Positions 38,601 to 50,965 of a stretch of 64,000 bases of DNA are shown here, in pieces. Source of the stretch: Eledone cirrhosa (taxonomy: Eukaryota). A program made the position numbers and the translations under genes. How positions within the stretch are numbered: position 1 is the stretch's first letter; every line of letters begins with the position of its first letter. The notes below the pieces were generated by a model, which was not told the DNA's origin, made no database searches, and was given only the letters and a program-made list of their open reading frames with translations. Location: contig OZ024764.1 of the NCBI GenBank assembly GCA_964016885.1, positions 27,838,001 through 27,902,000 of the forward strand, in the 5' to 3' direction.

Positions 38601-39630
38601 GATGTCCATAACATTACATGACAGAATTATTAGCCACAGGGGCAGAGATGTCCATAACATTACATGACAATTATTAGCCCCAAGGGCAGATATGTCCATA
38701 ACATTACATGACAGAGTTTCATCTGGCGCTCTCTCTCTTCCTCTCTCTCGTTTCATCTCTGTCTTCCTCTCTCTCGTTCCATCTCTCTCTTCCTCTCGCT
38801 CGTTCCATCTCTCTCTTCCTCTCTCTCGTTTCATCTCTATCTCCCTCCTTTCATCTGTCTCTCTCTCTGTCGTTTCATCTCGCGCTCTCTCTCTCTCTCG
38901 TTTCATCTCGCGCTCTCTCTCTCTCGTTTCATCTCTCTCTCTCTCTCGTTTCATCTCTGTCTTCCTCTCTCTCGTTCCATCTCTCTCTTCCTCTCTCTCG
39001 TTTCATCTCTATCTCCCTCGTTTCATCTCTCTCTCCCTCTCGTTTCATCTCGCTCTCTCTCTCCTGTTTCATCTCGCTCTCTACTCTCGTTTCCTCACTC
39101 TCGTTTCATCTCTCTCTCGTTTCCTCTCTGTCTCGTTCCATCCCGCTCTCTCTCTCTCTCATTACATCTCGCTCTCTCTGTCTCGTTTCATCTCGCTCTC
39201 TCTCTCTCTCGTTTCATCTCGCTCTCACTCTCTCGTTTCATCTCGCTTCTCTCACTCTCGCGTTTCATCTCGCTCTCCCTGTCTCATTTCATCTCGCTCT
39301 CTCTCTCTCTTCCTCTCTCTCTCTTGTTTCAACACTCTAATCCCTCACTTGTTTTATCTCTCTCTAATCCCCCACGTGTTTCATCTCTCTCAGAATTATT
39401 AGCCACAGGGGCAGAGATGTCCATAACATTACATGTCAGAATTATTAGCCACAGGGCAGAGATGTCCATAACATTACATGTCAGAATTATTAACCACAGG
39501 GGCAGAGATGTCCATAACATAACATGACAGAATTATTAGCCACAGGGGCAGAGATGTCCATAACATTACATGACAGAATTATTAGCCACAGGGGCAGATA
39601 TGTCCATAACATTACATGACAGAGTTTCAT
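29683..39630 (-). repeat. Composite higher-order satellite, inverted arm: 11 CT blocks (~0.5-0.75 kb) alternating with blocks of 2-10 46-mers
   Basis: Reverse-complement monomer AGAATTATTAGCCACAGGGGCAGAGATGTCCATAACATTACATG(T/A)C; near-exact dimer duplication ~34299-35922 / 35923-37542. Confidence 0.95.
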
Positions 39631-39671
39631 CTGGTTGGAGTAATAACAGTCTTGTTTATGTATATACACAC

Positions 39672-39704
<33 letters not shown>

Positions 39705-39809
39705 TGTTTGTTCTTGTATTTCTATAGAAAAGGTAAAGAAAAGAAGAATGCTCTATGTATTGTACAGAGCTATTTAATTACATAATAAACAACAGAATAT
39801 AATTATTCC

Positions 39810-42164
39810 ATGCATATAGACTTAGAATGGAAAACATTCAGACAGAGAAGAATGGATAATGAGCGTCGTAAGAGAAATTGGCCAACAATTAATATTAATG
39901 GAAATCTAGAAGAATTTCATATTAGTGATATGAATGTTTCGTGTGATCACTGTGAAGCTTTGAAATTTAGAAATGAAAATTGTAACTGTTGTAATAAAGG
40001 AAAGGTTGTGTTGCCTCCATTGCAAATATACCCCGAGAGACTGAGAAATCTCTTTGAAAGAGGCCAGGAAGCAGTTGATTTCACAGAAACGTCTGCAATT
40101 AAAACTACATTTATTTCACTTCATTTGGTGTTACCACCCGGCAGAGGCCCGTATAGCTTTCATATTCAGGGTCAAACATATCACTACACGCCCATCTCTG
40201 TAACCTGCAGAAAATACACCACAATATGGCCAGTTATATATTATTGATGGGAACGAAGGTGTGTAGCACAGATTGGAAGTACGACCAAATAATTGTTTCT
40301 GGCACAAGGCCAGCAATTACTGGTACTTTATTCTATCGACCTCATAAGGATGAAAACAAAGTCAACCTTGGAGGGATTTGAACCCAGAACGTAAAGGGCC
40401 ATAACCCTATGCTGCAAAGCATGGTGTCTGACGCTCTACCGATACTGCCAATCCACCGCCCTAGTACCAACAAATAATGAGTGCTCACCACAAAAAATGG
40501 CTATGATAAGAGAGGTGTTGCGTGATGTAATCCATATGTCGAAGTGTACAATACAATGCATGGCATCAAACAGCAAAGTGCAAGAAGAGAAAATTGTTGT
40601 GTACAGAACTGTAAATTAAGATTTAGAAGAGGATCAGATATGAGCTGCTATAATTTACCAACTAGTAATGATAGCTGTTGTTTTGTGGGGGATTGAGGGC
40701 AGACCACCTGTACAAAGAGATATTATCATCTTTCCTAAAGACCATCCTCCTCAGAATATATCACATAATTCATGCCACTTGGACCTCATGACCAACCCAT
40801 AATGGTGAATTTTGGTGGCATAGTGACATGGAGAGGAATGCAGGACCTGTGTTTGCAATAGACTGACAATGCAGGAGTATTACATATACAGTATAGCATA
40901 TAGAGGAGGATTTAGTGCGATATATAGGGCAGGTAAATTATTTTAGCAGTATTTAGTGGAAGCCTATATGAAAGTAGGGGGATGCAGGCTTCAATATTTG
41001 AGGAACAATCAAGCCCAATTGTGAGTGGATGAGTATAATGGTTTAATGAATTATCTAAACAGATGATAACACTGAGCCTTAAGAAATGAAGACAAGATAA
41101 GAAACAGAGAAGACATTGACAGAATCGTGTCAGCAGAAATACCTGCATTGGAAGATGATCAAGTACTACATGAGCAGGTTTAAAAGTTTATGATACACGG
41201 GCCATGTGGTTCTGGAAACCCTTTTCCCCCATTTATACAAAATGGATTTTTCCAAAAGAACTATCCAAAAACCTACAGAAGGGAAACATTATTGAACCTA
41301 AATGGATACCCAGAGTACAGGAGGTGCAAGACAGGAACTGCAGTGCAAATTGGATGACATTCAGTAGATAACAGGAATGTTGTGCCATTTAATGCCTTTT
41401 TGCTTAAGAAATATTGTGCATATATTAATGTTGAAGTTTGCGCTTCTGTAAAAAGTGTCAAGTACCTCTTTAAATATGTTACATGGGGCATGATTGTACA
41501 TCTATAGAAGTAACGAATAATGCATTACCTAATGAGGCTCAGAACCAACACAACCATGATGAAATAAGAACCTATCTTTGTTGCAGGTATGTGTCTCAGC
41601 CAGAAGCAGTGTCGTGTCTGTCCGAATTTAAGCTTCATGGTACATCACATACATTATACAGCCTAGCCACACACCTGGAGAACAAACAGAGTTTACTTTC
41701 AAAGAGGCAATGCTCAGGTTGTGGTAGAAATGCAGGGACCCTTGCTGCCTGGTTCAAGCTAAATGAACTTGCTTACACCTTCTGGGATGCCGCCTCACAA
41801 ACTCCAATTAAAAGCAGGATCAATAATAATGCTTCTATGGAATATTTCAATCCAGAACAGATTATGTAATGGCACAAGATTAGAAGTAGTAGAACTGCAT
41901 AAACATTTTATCAAAGCTTCTCATATCTATGGTCCTTTGATGGGCAGGTGTGTTTTGATCCCAAGACTGAAGTTAGCCCCCAGTGGTGCCAACATCCTTT
42001 TTACTTCGGAAAGACCCCAGTTTCCATTAAGACTGTCATATGCCATGACAATCAACAAGAACCATGGTCAAATACATGATAAAGTGGGTCTGTTCCTCCC
42101 TGAGCAAGTATTTAACCCTGGACAATTGTATGTTGCTTTTTCAAGAGTTCACAGACAGATGTAA
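39810..42164 (+). pseudogene. Most complete Helitron Rep/Hel remnant (alpha type, empty cassette site at 40567/40568)
   Basis: Continuous N-terminal Zn-finger-like region, N-terminal conserved domain, Rep Y2 motif, and Pif1 C-terminus LTPSGMPPHKLQLKAGSIIMLLWN...LCNGTRL...AMTINKNHGQ...GQLYVAFSRV; many stops and frameshifts. Confidence 0.95.
40294..40462 (-). mobile_element. tRNA-SINE inserted in the Helitron ORF (same insertion as 13756 and 49981)
   Basis: A and B boxes on the minus strand; TSD 40278-40293 / 40463-40478. Confidence 0.85.
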
Positions 42165-42358
42165 AAATTAATCCTAGCAAACCCCCACCACTCCTACAAC
42201 TGTTAGCTGTTAGCCCACCCCCAGCATCACCCAACCTCCGTTCTAGTCCCACCGTTAGAACCAATGCTGCTTACCCTGCCTCTTTTACTAGTTCACTCCG
42301 TCGCTCGAATTTCAAAGCTGGCCCTCTACACTTGGTCGTTGCCAGCTCACCACCTGGT

Positions 42359-42496
42359 TGTGCTCTCTGTGTCCGCACTAGCCGGTACCTAAACACAATA
42401 AAATGTCACCTGTGCTACCAAAACTACCACAGGAACTCTGTCGGCATCAGCAAGGCTCAAGCCGAAAGGCTTCAATACTAGACCTGTAATCAGGGC
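42359..42496 (+). pseudogene. Decayed PHD-finger fragment, second copy
   Basis: Near-identical to 3642-3779. Confidence 0.6.
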
Positions 42497-42712
42497 CACT
42501 TTACCTCCGACGACCAGCTTTCTACCGAGTGTGTGTTGATGGAGGGGACATGAGACCAGCAAAGTCCTAGGAGTAGAGACTAGTAAATAATAAACGGTCC
42601 TAGCTATGTTAAGAATATATATAATAAAAATGTTCTATACATTTAAGAAGACAAGAGAAATAAATATTTACCTCTTTCATGTAGGTAATATAGCGGTGTT
42701 ATAAAAGTATAA

Positions 42713-43285
42713 TAACTCTATCAGTGAAGCCCTTTAGTATAGGTCAACTGGGAAACTATAACACATATAACCCTATCAGTGAAGTCCTTTAGTATAGGTC
42801 AACTGGGAAACTATAACACATATAACCCTATCAGTGAAGTCCTTTAGTATAGGTCAACTGGGAAACTATAACACATATAACCCTATCAGTGAAGTCCTTT
42901 AGTATAGGTCAACTGGGAAACTATAACACATATAACCCTATCAGTGAAGTCCTTTAGTATAGGTCAACTGGGAAACTATAACACATATAACCCTATCAGT
43001 GAAGCCCTCTGGGAAACTATAACACATATAACTCTATCAGTGAAGCCCTTTAGTATAGGTCAACTGGGAAACTATAACACATATAACCCTATCAGTGAAG
43101 TCCTTTAGTATAGGTCAACTGGGAAATTATAACACATATAACCCTATCAGTGAAGTCCTTTAGTATAGGTCAACTGGGAAACTATAACACATATAACCCT
43201 ATCAGTGAAGTCCTTTAGTATAGGTCAACTGGGAAACTATAACACATATAACCCTATCAGTGAAGTCCTTTAGTATAGGTCAACT
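42713..43285. repeat. 55-bp VNTR, ~10.5 copies
   Basis: Same monomer as 4018-4277, expanded. Confidence 0.95.
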
Positions 43286-43431
43286 AACAGAAGTATTACG
43301 GGTATGGAAAAAATTCTAAATAAGCCTACAACAGTCATTGCGGGCCACTCTGACTGGTCAGGTGGGCTTGATTGTGGCCCGCGGGCCGCCTGTTGTACGC
43401 CCCTCCTTTAGACAGAATATCTATCACTGTT

Positions 43432-43647
43432 AAGTAATAATGTGATCTGTCGGCCAACTACATTTTCCAGCCTGTGGCGTTTGGGGGAGTCGGGATACTG
43501 ACTGCGAGATTCCTATCTTCACTGGCGGCTAGCCTGACGAAGGTGACTGGTGAAGCTCGTGAGGGCACTTGGTTGTTCCAGCTCCTCAGCCTCGCCATCG
43601 CCCGAGGTAACGCTGCAGACGTGCTGGCTTGCCTAAAAAATCATTAG
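43432..43647 (+). mobile_element. CRE-clade C-terminal fragment 1, second copy
   Basis: Near-identical to 4424-4639. Confidence 0.75.
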
Positions 43648-44499
43648 AGAGGTTTCCCAGTGCTCCTCGCGATACTGTTAACTTTTGATCTAGTAGCAGC
43701 TCGTTTGTCCACCCCTTTCGCCTGCCTTTGGTTGTATGTCGTCCTAGATGTGTGTATTACCTGCTTGTGTGTTGTATGTGGTCCTAGATGTGTTATTACC
43801 TGCTTATGTGGTCCTAGATGTATGTATTACCTGCTGGTGTGTTGTATGTGGTCCCAGATGTGTGGATTACCTGTTTTTGTGTTGTATGTGGTCCCAAATG
43901 TGTGTGCTACCCGCTTCTGTGATTTGTTTCTTCTTCCTCTCTTCCGAGAAACAATCCTGTATTTTTTAAATCTATTCCATGCGTTAAGTAATTAGCAGCA
44001 ACAACAAACTGATTTTCAGTTGTAAAAAGAATCTTTAAACCTTCACCATTTACATTAACACATACCATACGTTGTCCCAGCCACAAATAAACAGTAAAAA
44101 AAACTTACTTTGCGGTTAAATTCGTCACAATTAAAAGAAAAATATTTCTAACACGTTTCTAGACAACACCAAGTTTACACCTTCAATATCCGGTAAAAGT
44201 AAAAACAAATTCTGGAGACATTTAACGAAACGAAACTATGTAAAGAAAAACGAAAATTAAACGAAGACAAATAGTAAATTTTAATTTTTATTAAATAAAA
44301 TACCAGTAATTCACTGCAGTAGATTTAATCAACTTTACTCTCTCTGCACAAAAGAAGAAAAAAATTCCTGACTTAGTGCTTAATATATAGAGAGGGGGAG
44401 AGTTTGGTGTTTCTTCATATAGAGAGGGGTATTGGAAGAGAGTGCCGTGTAGTAGATATAGAGAGGGAGAGAGTTAGTGCTAATTGATATAAAGAGGGG

Positions 44500-45527
44500 G
44501 ATATTCAAATTATCCCCTGTGGGGCGTGCACCCCACGTTGAGAATACCTCATAAATAAATATATGTGAGTGTGTTTCTATGACTGCTATTTCTAGCAGGT
44601 TTACTGCAGTCCTGTAGACGCACAACAAAAACCGGAAGTGGCAGCCATTAAAAAACTTTGGCTTAAAATCAGGCAAAAGTTTTTTAACAATTTGCCAAGA
44701 AAGATAACTCTTGTCTTACTTAATCGCAAAAATCGAGGCAAAAATTTTGCGGGTGTGCAGTTTGTTTGGTGTATTTGACTGCTATTTCTAGCATGTATGG
44801 ACACTTTAGAAATAGCAGCGAAAAACGGAAAACAGCAGAAAGAAGGACACACACCTATATATATATATATATATATATACCAGCTATACACTCACCCATA
44901 CATATATATATATATATACCAGCTATACACACACCCATATCTACGTATAGGTGTGTGTGCGCGCGTGTATGTATATATAAATATATATATTTAAATGTAT
45001 ATATATATGTATATATGTATATATATATATATATATACAGATACATAATTATATATATATATATACGTGTGTGACCTTCTTTCTTATGTTTCCCGTGTTT
45101 TGCTGCTATTTCTAAAGTGTCCATATATGCTAGAAATAGCAGTCAAATACACCAAACAAACTGAACACCCGCAACATTTTTGCCTCGATTTTTGCGATTA
45201 AGTAAGACAAGAGTTATCTTTCTTGGCAAATTGTTAAAAAACTTTTGGCTGATTTTAAGCCAAAATTTTTTAATGGCTGCCACTTCCGGTTTTTGTTGTG
45301 CGTCTACAGGACTGCAGTAAACCTGCTAGAAATAGCAGTCATAGCAACACACTCACATATATTTATTTATGAGGGATTCTCAACGTGGGGTGCACGCCCC
45401 ACAGGGGATAATTTGAATATAATAGGGGTCAATTTGAAAGTCATATAATACGACCCAACTCCCTGTTACACTTCGTATACACATGTTATCGTGTATCTGG
45501 CAGCACCTGCGAGAAGTTTGTTTACAT
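44500..45527. mobile_element. Foldback element (left arm truncated by a deletion)
   Basis: Inverted arms ~44500-44856 / 45066-45527; junction GGGGAT|ATTCAAA removes the equivalent of ~5498-7333. Confidence 0.85.
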
Positions 45528-45553
45528 TAATAAAAACGATGATTCGTTGTCTT

Positions 45554-46604
45554 CAGTAGTTCCAAACCTTTTTTGCTCCATGCCCCACCTCAACGTTTAA
45601 AAATTAGGTTTATGTTCCCCTTTAATATAGAAATAAACCGAGTCTTGTAAAAGTGTTACTACTGTAATATAAAGTAGAAATGCTTTAATTAAACAAAGCT
45701 ACGATGCCGCGATGATCAAAACAAACTTCAAAATATAAACAAACTTCTCGTAGGTGCTGCCAGATACACGATAACATGTGAACAAAGTGTAACTGGAAGT
45801 TTGGTCGTATTATATCACTTTCTAATTGGCCCCTATTAAATTCAAATTGCCCCCTGTGGGGCGTGTACCCTTCGTTGAGAATCCCTGATATATAAATATA
45901 CATAAGTGTGTTGTTATGACTGCTATTTCTAGTAGGTTTCTGGCTGTCCTGTAGACGCACAACAAAAACCGGAAGTGGCAGCCATTAAAAAACTTCGGCT
46001 TAAAATCAGCCAAAAGATTTTCAATAATAGTAAAATTTTATTTTTGACAAGGACGATAACTTTTGTCTTACTTAATCGCAAAAATCGAGGCAAAGATTTT
46101 GCGGGTGTCCAGTTAACACGCTAAAATAAACCTGCTAGAAATAGCAGTCATAGCCACTCACATATATTTATATATCATATATATATATATATATATATAT
46201 ATCAGCCAAACACACACACTTATATATGTACGTGTGTGTGTGTTGACCGCTATATATATATATAGCAGCCAAACACATACACAGACACACATATATATAT
46301 ATATACATGTGTGTGTCCTCCTCTCGTCTATGGCTGTTATTTTTACATTGTCCTTTTCGTTATTTTTCTCGGGATTTGCCCGGATTCGAACATGCGACCA
46401 CCTATTTACAATATAGAATCTTTACAGCTTTACTGACTTTTAAGTAATCCAAGTTGTAACCCCGGATTTAGGGGTGTTTAATTTATTTTGAAGTATTTTA
46501 TTATTGGTCTTAGTTAGACGATCGTCCAAGACCATGCTGGGGCATATATATATATATGTATATATATGTGTGTGTGTGTGTGTATGCTGGGGCATATATA
46601 TATA

Positions 46605-46670
<66 letters not shown>

Positions 46671-47360
46671 CTGGGGCATATATATATATGTGTGTGTGTG
46701 TATATATATATATGTGTGTGTGTGTGTGTCCTTTCTGTTATTCGCTGCTATTTCTAAAGTGTCCATATATATATCATATATATATATATATGATATATAA
46801 ATATATGTAAGTGAGTTGCTATGACTGCTATTTCTAGCAGGTTTATTTTTAGCGTGTAAACTGCACACCCTCAAAATTTTTGCCTCGATTTTTGCGATTA
46901 AGTAAGACAAAAGTTATCGTCCTTGTCAAAAATAAAATTTTACTATTATTGAAAATCTTTTGGCTGATTCTAAGCCAAAGTTTTTTAATGGCTGCCACTT
47001 CCGGTTTTTGTTGTGCGTCTACAGGACTGCAGTAAACCTGCTAGAAATAGCAGTCATAGCAACACACTCACATATATTTATTTATGAGGGATTCTCAACG
47101 TGGGGTGCACGCCCCACAGGGGATAATTTGAATATAATAGGGGTCAATTTGAAAGTCATATAATACGACCCAACTCCCTTTACACTTCGTATACACATGT
47201 TATCGTGTATCTGGCAGCACCTGCGAGAAGTTTGTTTACATTTTGGGGTTTGCTTTGATGATCGCTGCATCGCAGCTTTGTTTAAATAAAGGGTTTCTAC
47301 TTTATATTACAGTAATAACACTTTTACAAGACTCGGATTGTTTTTATATTAAAGGGGACA
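45554..47360. mobile_element. Second, diverged foldback element starting with a hAT-like terminus
   Basis: CAGTAGTTCCAAACCTTTTT start; arms ~45610-46160 / ~46800-47360 share a variant segment (TAATAGTAAAATTTTATTTTTGACAAGGACGAT) absent from the other foldback. Confidence 0.8.
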
Positions 47361-49513
47361 TGTTTTTTAAACTCTGAACTCAGCATCTTTCTGTTGTTCT
47401 CCGGGATTCTAGCAAAGTATAAAAATATATATATATATATATAGAGATATATATATATATATCTGGCAGTCAACCTCAGACTCGAAAAAGCCGCCGCTAA
47501 TCGTGATCGTTGGGGTTACAATTAGACTAAAGTGCTTCCACTGGGCACCATTAGCTGGTTGTGATCATTGGAGAATTCTTTCTGCGCTGAAAGAGCCTAG
47601 GACAAAAATATATATATATAGATGTCGAAACGGCAGTAGCACAGCCGTTGGGGTCCTGAATATTTTCACATCTATATATGTGTGTGTATTCTGCGACATT
47701 TATAATTACATAAGCAAGCATATTTGAATAACAAAATTTGAGGTTTAAATACTTTATTTTTTACCAATAACATAGAGAAAGGCATGAACAACACCACATG
47801 TTAATTACTTTAATATTGAAAGTAGGCTTATAAATATTAAAAAAGCAGATTTTTGTATCTTTCATGGTGGTCTGGTGGGTGATACCAGAGATGGTGGTAG
47901 TCCTGGTTTCGGTTTCAATCCTGGTCATGGGTTACATATAAGGTCTCATTTTTTTTTTTCTTTCTTTCAGTTTTCTTCTTATCTCTAGATATAAATATAT
48001 ATACATAAGGTAATTTGGTAGAATTGTTAGAACATCAGATAGAATTCTTTGCAGTATTTTTCCTGTTCTTTACTCTGAGTTCAACTTTACCTTTCTTCCA
48101 TTCGGTGTCGATAAGTCTTGAATATGTCTAACGTAGCAATAACTGGAGCTACTTAACCAAGTTTTCCCAACCTAGTCGATGTCACCTACTGGTTGGCGAT
48201 TTAAACTGTTGGCTGGGACAATGACCAACTAATCAGTCAGATTCGAACTCACTATGTCTGGCATATATTTTATATTTTATATTTGAATGAAGTTCTGTAA
48301 GTAACCTGGTGGCTTAGATGGCAATACTGCTCGAATAGATGGCTTCTATTATGAAGTTATAAGTTCATTCCCTATCCAGGATTGTAGAATTAATTTTATT
48401 TAGTTATTATTTAATCAATTGTTTTAACAAACAAATTCTGTCTATAAAACGCCAAATATAGTGAGTTCAAATCTGACTGACATGCATGGTATATATTTAT
48501 GTTTCATTATACAGCGACACAATACACAGGAACTTATAAAGATATGTATATATTGTCCAGGAGTTTCGAGTTTAGTGGGAATTGGTACAACTCTCAATTG
48601 GAGCTAGTCCCTGCAAGACCAGCATAAATAATGTTATACCTTTTCATGAAATCTTGCACACCCGATATTTTATACATGATTATCTAAAGGTGAACAAAAA
48701 CCAAAGAACATTGTGCAGCATTTCTCAACCTTTCTACCCATGTCGATCTCTTGAAATAGTTTTTATGTCTCAGGGAAGCCCTGCATAAAATATACTTTTT
48801 CTATCTCTAGAGCAGTGGTTCCCAAATCGTGTGCTGCGAGATGAAACAAGATGAGCTGCAAAAGACTAAGATTAAGTTTTATGATGTGAAAAATATAAAA
48901 CTGAAATTTCATATAAAAGTTCAAATATAGCTACAGCCACAAACCTAGGCTCCACACCCCGCAATGCAGAGGATAGTAAGATAGTACCAAGGCCTGACTC
49001 ACCTCTTCCACTCCATTGAGACCTCTGCCATACTTGGTCCCTGTACTGCTGATTTCCTCCATAAAGTCGGGAGGAAAGATGACAGGAGCCTCATGAGGAG
49101 GGGCGACTATTGTAGCAGGTGTCTCTGGCCTTGCTCCGAGGTAACGCTTTTACGTTTCTTCCACAGGTTGCGGCTGAGGGACCACTTAGACTGGGGTGAA
49201 GTGTTTGTCCCTCCCCCGACTTCTTACTTCTTTTTTTTTCTCCTTTTCATTTTCTTTTCTCTTCTTGCTTATCTCTGCTATACCACGGCATCAAAAACAT
49301 ATATGATATATGTATGTATGGTATAGGTGTATTTATATTTAGGATAGTTATCAAAGGTAAATAGACTGGTTGGAGCAATAACAGTCTTGTTTATGTATAT
49401 ACATATATATATATATTTACATGTTTGTTCTTGTATTTCCATAGAAAAGGTAAAGAAAAGAAGAGTGCTCTATGTATTGTACAGAGCTATTTAATTACAT
49501 AATAAACAACAGA

Positions 49514-50255
49514 ATGGAAAACATTCAGACAGAGAAGAATGGATAATGAGCGTTGTAAGAGAAATTGGCCAACAATTAATATTAATGGAAATGTAGAAGA
49601 ATTTCATATTAGTGATATGAATGTTTCGTGTGATCACTGTGGAGCTTTGAAATTTAGAAATGAAAATTGTAACTGTTGTAATAAAGGAAAGGTTGTGTTG
49701 CCACCATTGCAAATATACCCTGAGAGACTGAGAAATCTCTTTGAAAGAGGCCAGGAAGCAGTTGATTTCACAGAAACATCTGCAATTAAAACTACATTTA
49801 TTTCACTTCATTTGGTGTTACCACCCGGCAGAGGCCCGTATAGCTTTCATATTCAGGGTCAAACATATCACTACACCCCCATCTCTGTAACCTGCAGAAA
49901 ATACACCACAATATGACCAGTTATATATTATTGATGGGAACGAAGGTGTGTAGCACAGATTGGAAGTACAACCAAATAATTGTTTCTGGCACAAGGCCAG
50001 CAATTACTGGTACTTTATTCTATCGACCTCATAAGGATGAAAACAAAGTCAACCTTGGAGGGATTTGAACCCAGAACGTAAATGGCCATAACCCTATGCT
50101 GTAAAGCATGGTGTCTGGCGCTCTACCGATACTGCCAATCCACTGCCCTAGTACCAACAAATAATGACTGCTCACCATAAAAAATGGCTATGATAAGAGA
50201 AGTGTTGCATGAACGTAATTCATATGTCGAAGTGTACAATACAATGCATGGCATC
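49514..50255 (+). pseudogene. Helitron 5' coding part (beta type), second copy
   Basis: Near-identical to 13289-14030, with the same ~29-bp deletion and the same cassette junction GGCATC|ACAAATG. Confidence 0.9.
49981..50149 (-). mobile_element. tRNA-SINE inserted in the Helitron ORF
   Basis: TSD AGTACAACCAAATAAT (49965-49980) / AGTACCAACAAATAAT (50150-50165). Confidence 0.85.
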
Positions 50256-50965
50256 ACAAATGAATATATATATATATATATATATATACTACTAAAGTGT
50301 ATGTCAAATTTTAAAATAAATACTTAAATTCAATTTGTATAATTACACATACAATATGTTTTGTTGTAAAACCCTAAATAATGATTTAAGAAATGATGTC
50401 AATCTCTTTGTACAGAGAAAAACAATTTATATATATGCATTGTGTGCGCGTGTATACTCCATTTAAGACATTGAAAAACCTAGTACCTCCTTCAAAGAAT
50501 GCCAAATAGTTTATGCCTAAGGTGTAACACTAATTAAGTTACCGGTGTAGATATTTCAGTTGAACCCTGCTTCAAACATGCATATTATTATTATATATTT
50601 TCAAACACACTTACATACATTATATTTATACACATAGAAATAATAAGTTAAAACTAAAGTATAATGATATAACAACAGTATATAATAGTTTTCTTCACTT
50701 TATTGAAATGCAATCGTTTTAAAGAAAAAACATGACAGTATAAGAAATATTTAATATGATAACATAATATTTCAGGTAGGATGGTGGTTTCTCTATGATG
50801 GTGGTTTCTCTTTGAACTAATAATTGTTTCTATTTTAGGCACAAGGTCAGTAATTAACCAGTACATTACTAGTACTTTATTTTATCGACCCCGTAAGGAT
50901 GAAAGGCAAAGTTGACCTCGGATCGTAAAGGGACGTAACTATGCTGGAAAGCATGGCGTCAGACC

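Noticed and set aside
14965-39630. Long Ser/Leu-rich and Arg/Glu-rich ORFs (up to 513 aa)
   Set aside because: They arise from the scarcity of stop codons in (CT)n/(GA)n tracts; open in several frames at once, with no domains
39810-42164. Functional Helitron transposase or host PIF1 gene
   Set aside because: Multiple stops and frameshifts, a SINE insertion, and loss of the HUH and Walker motifs
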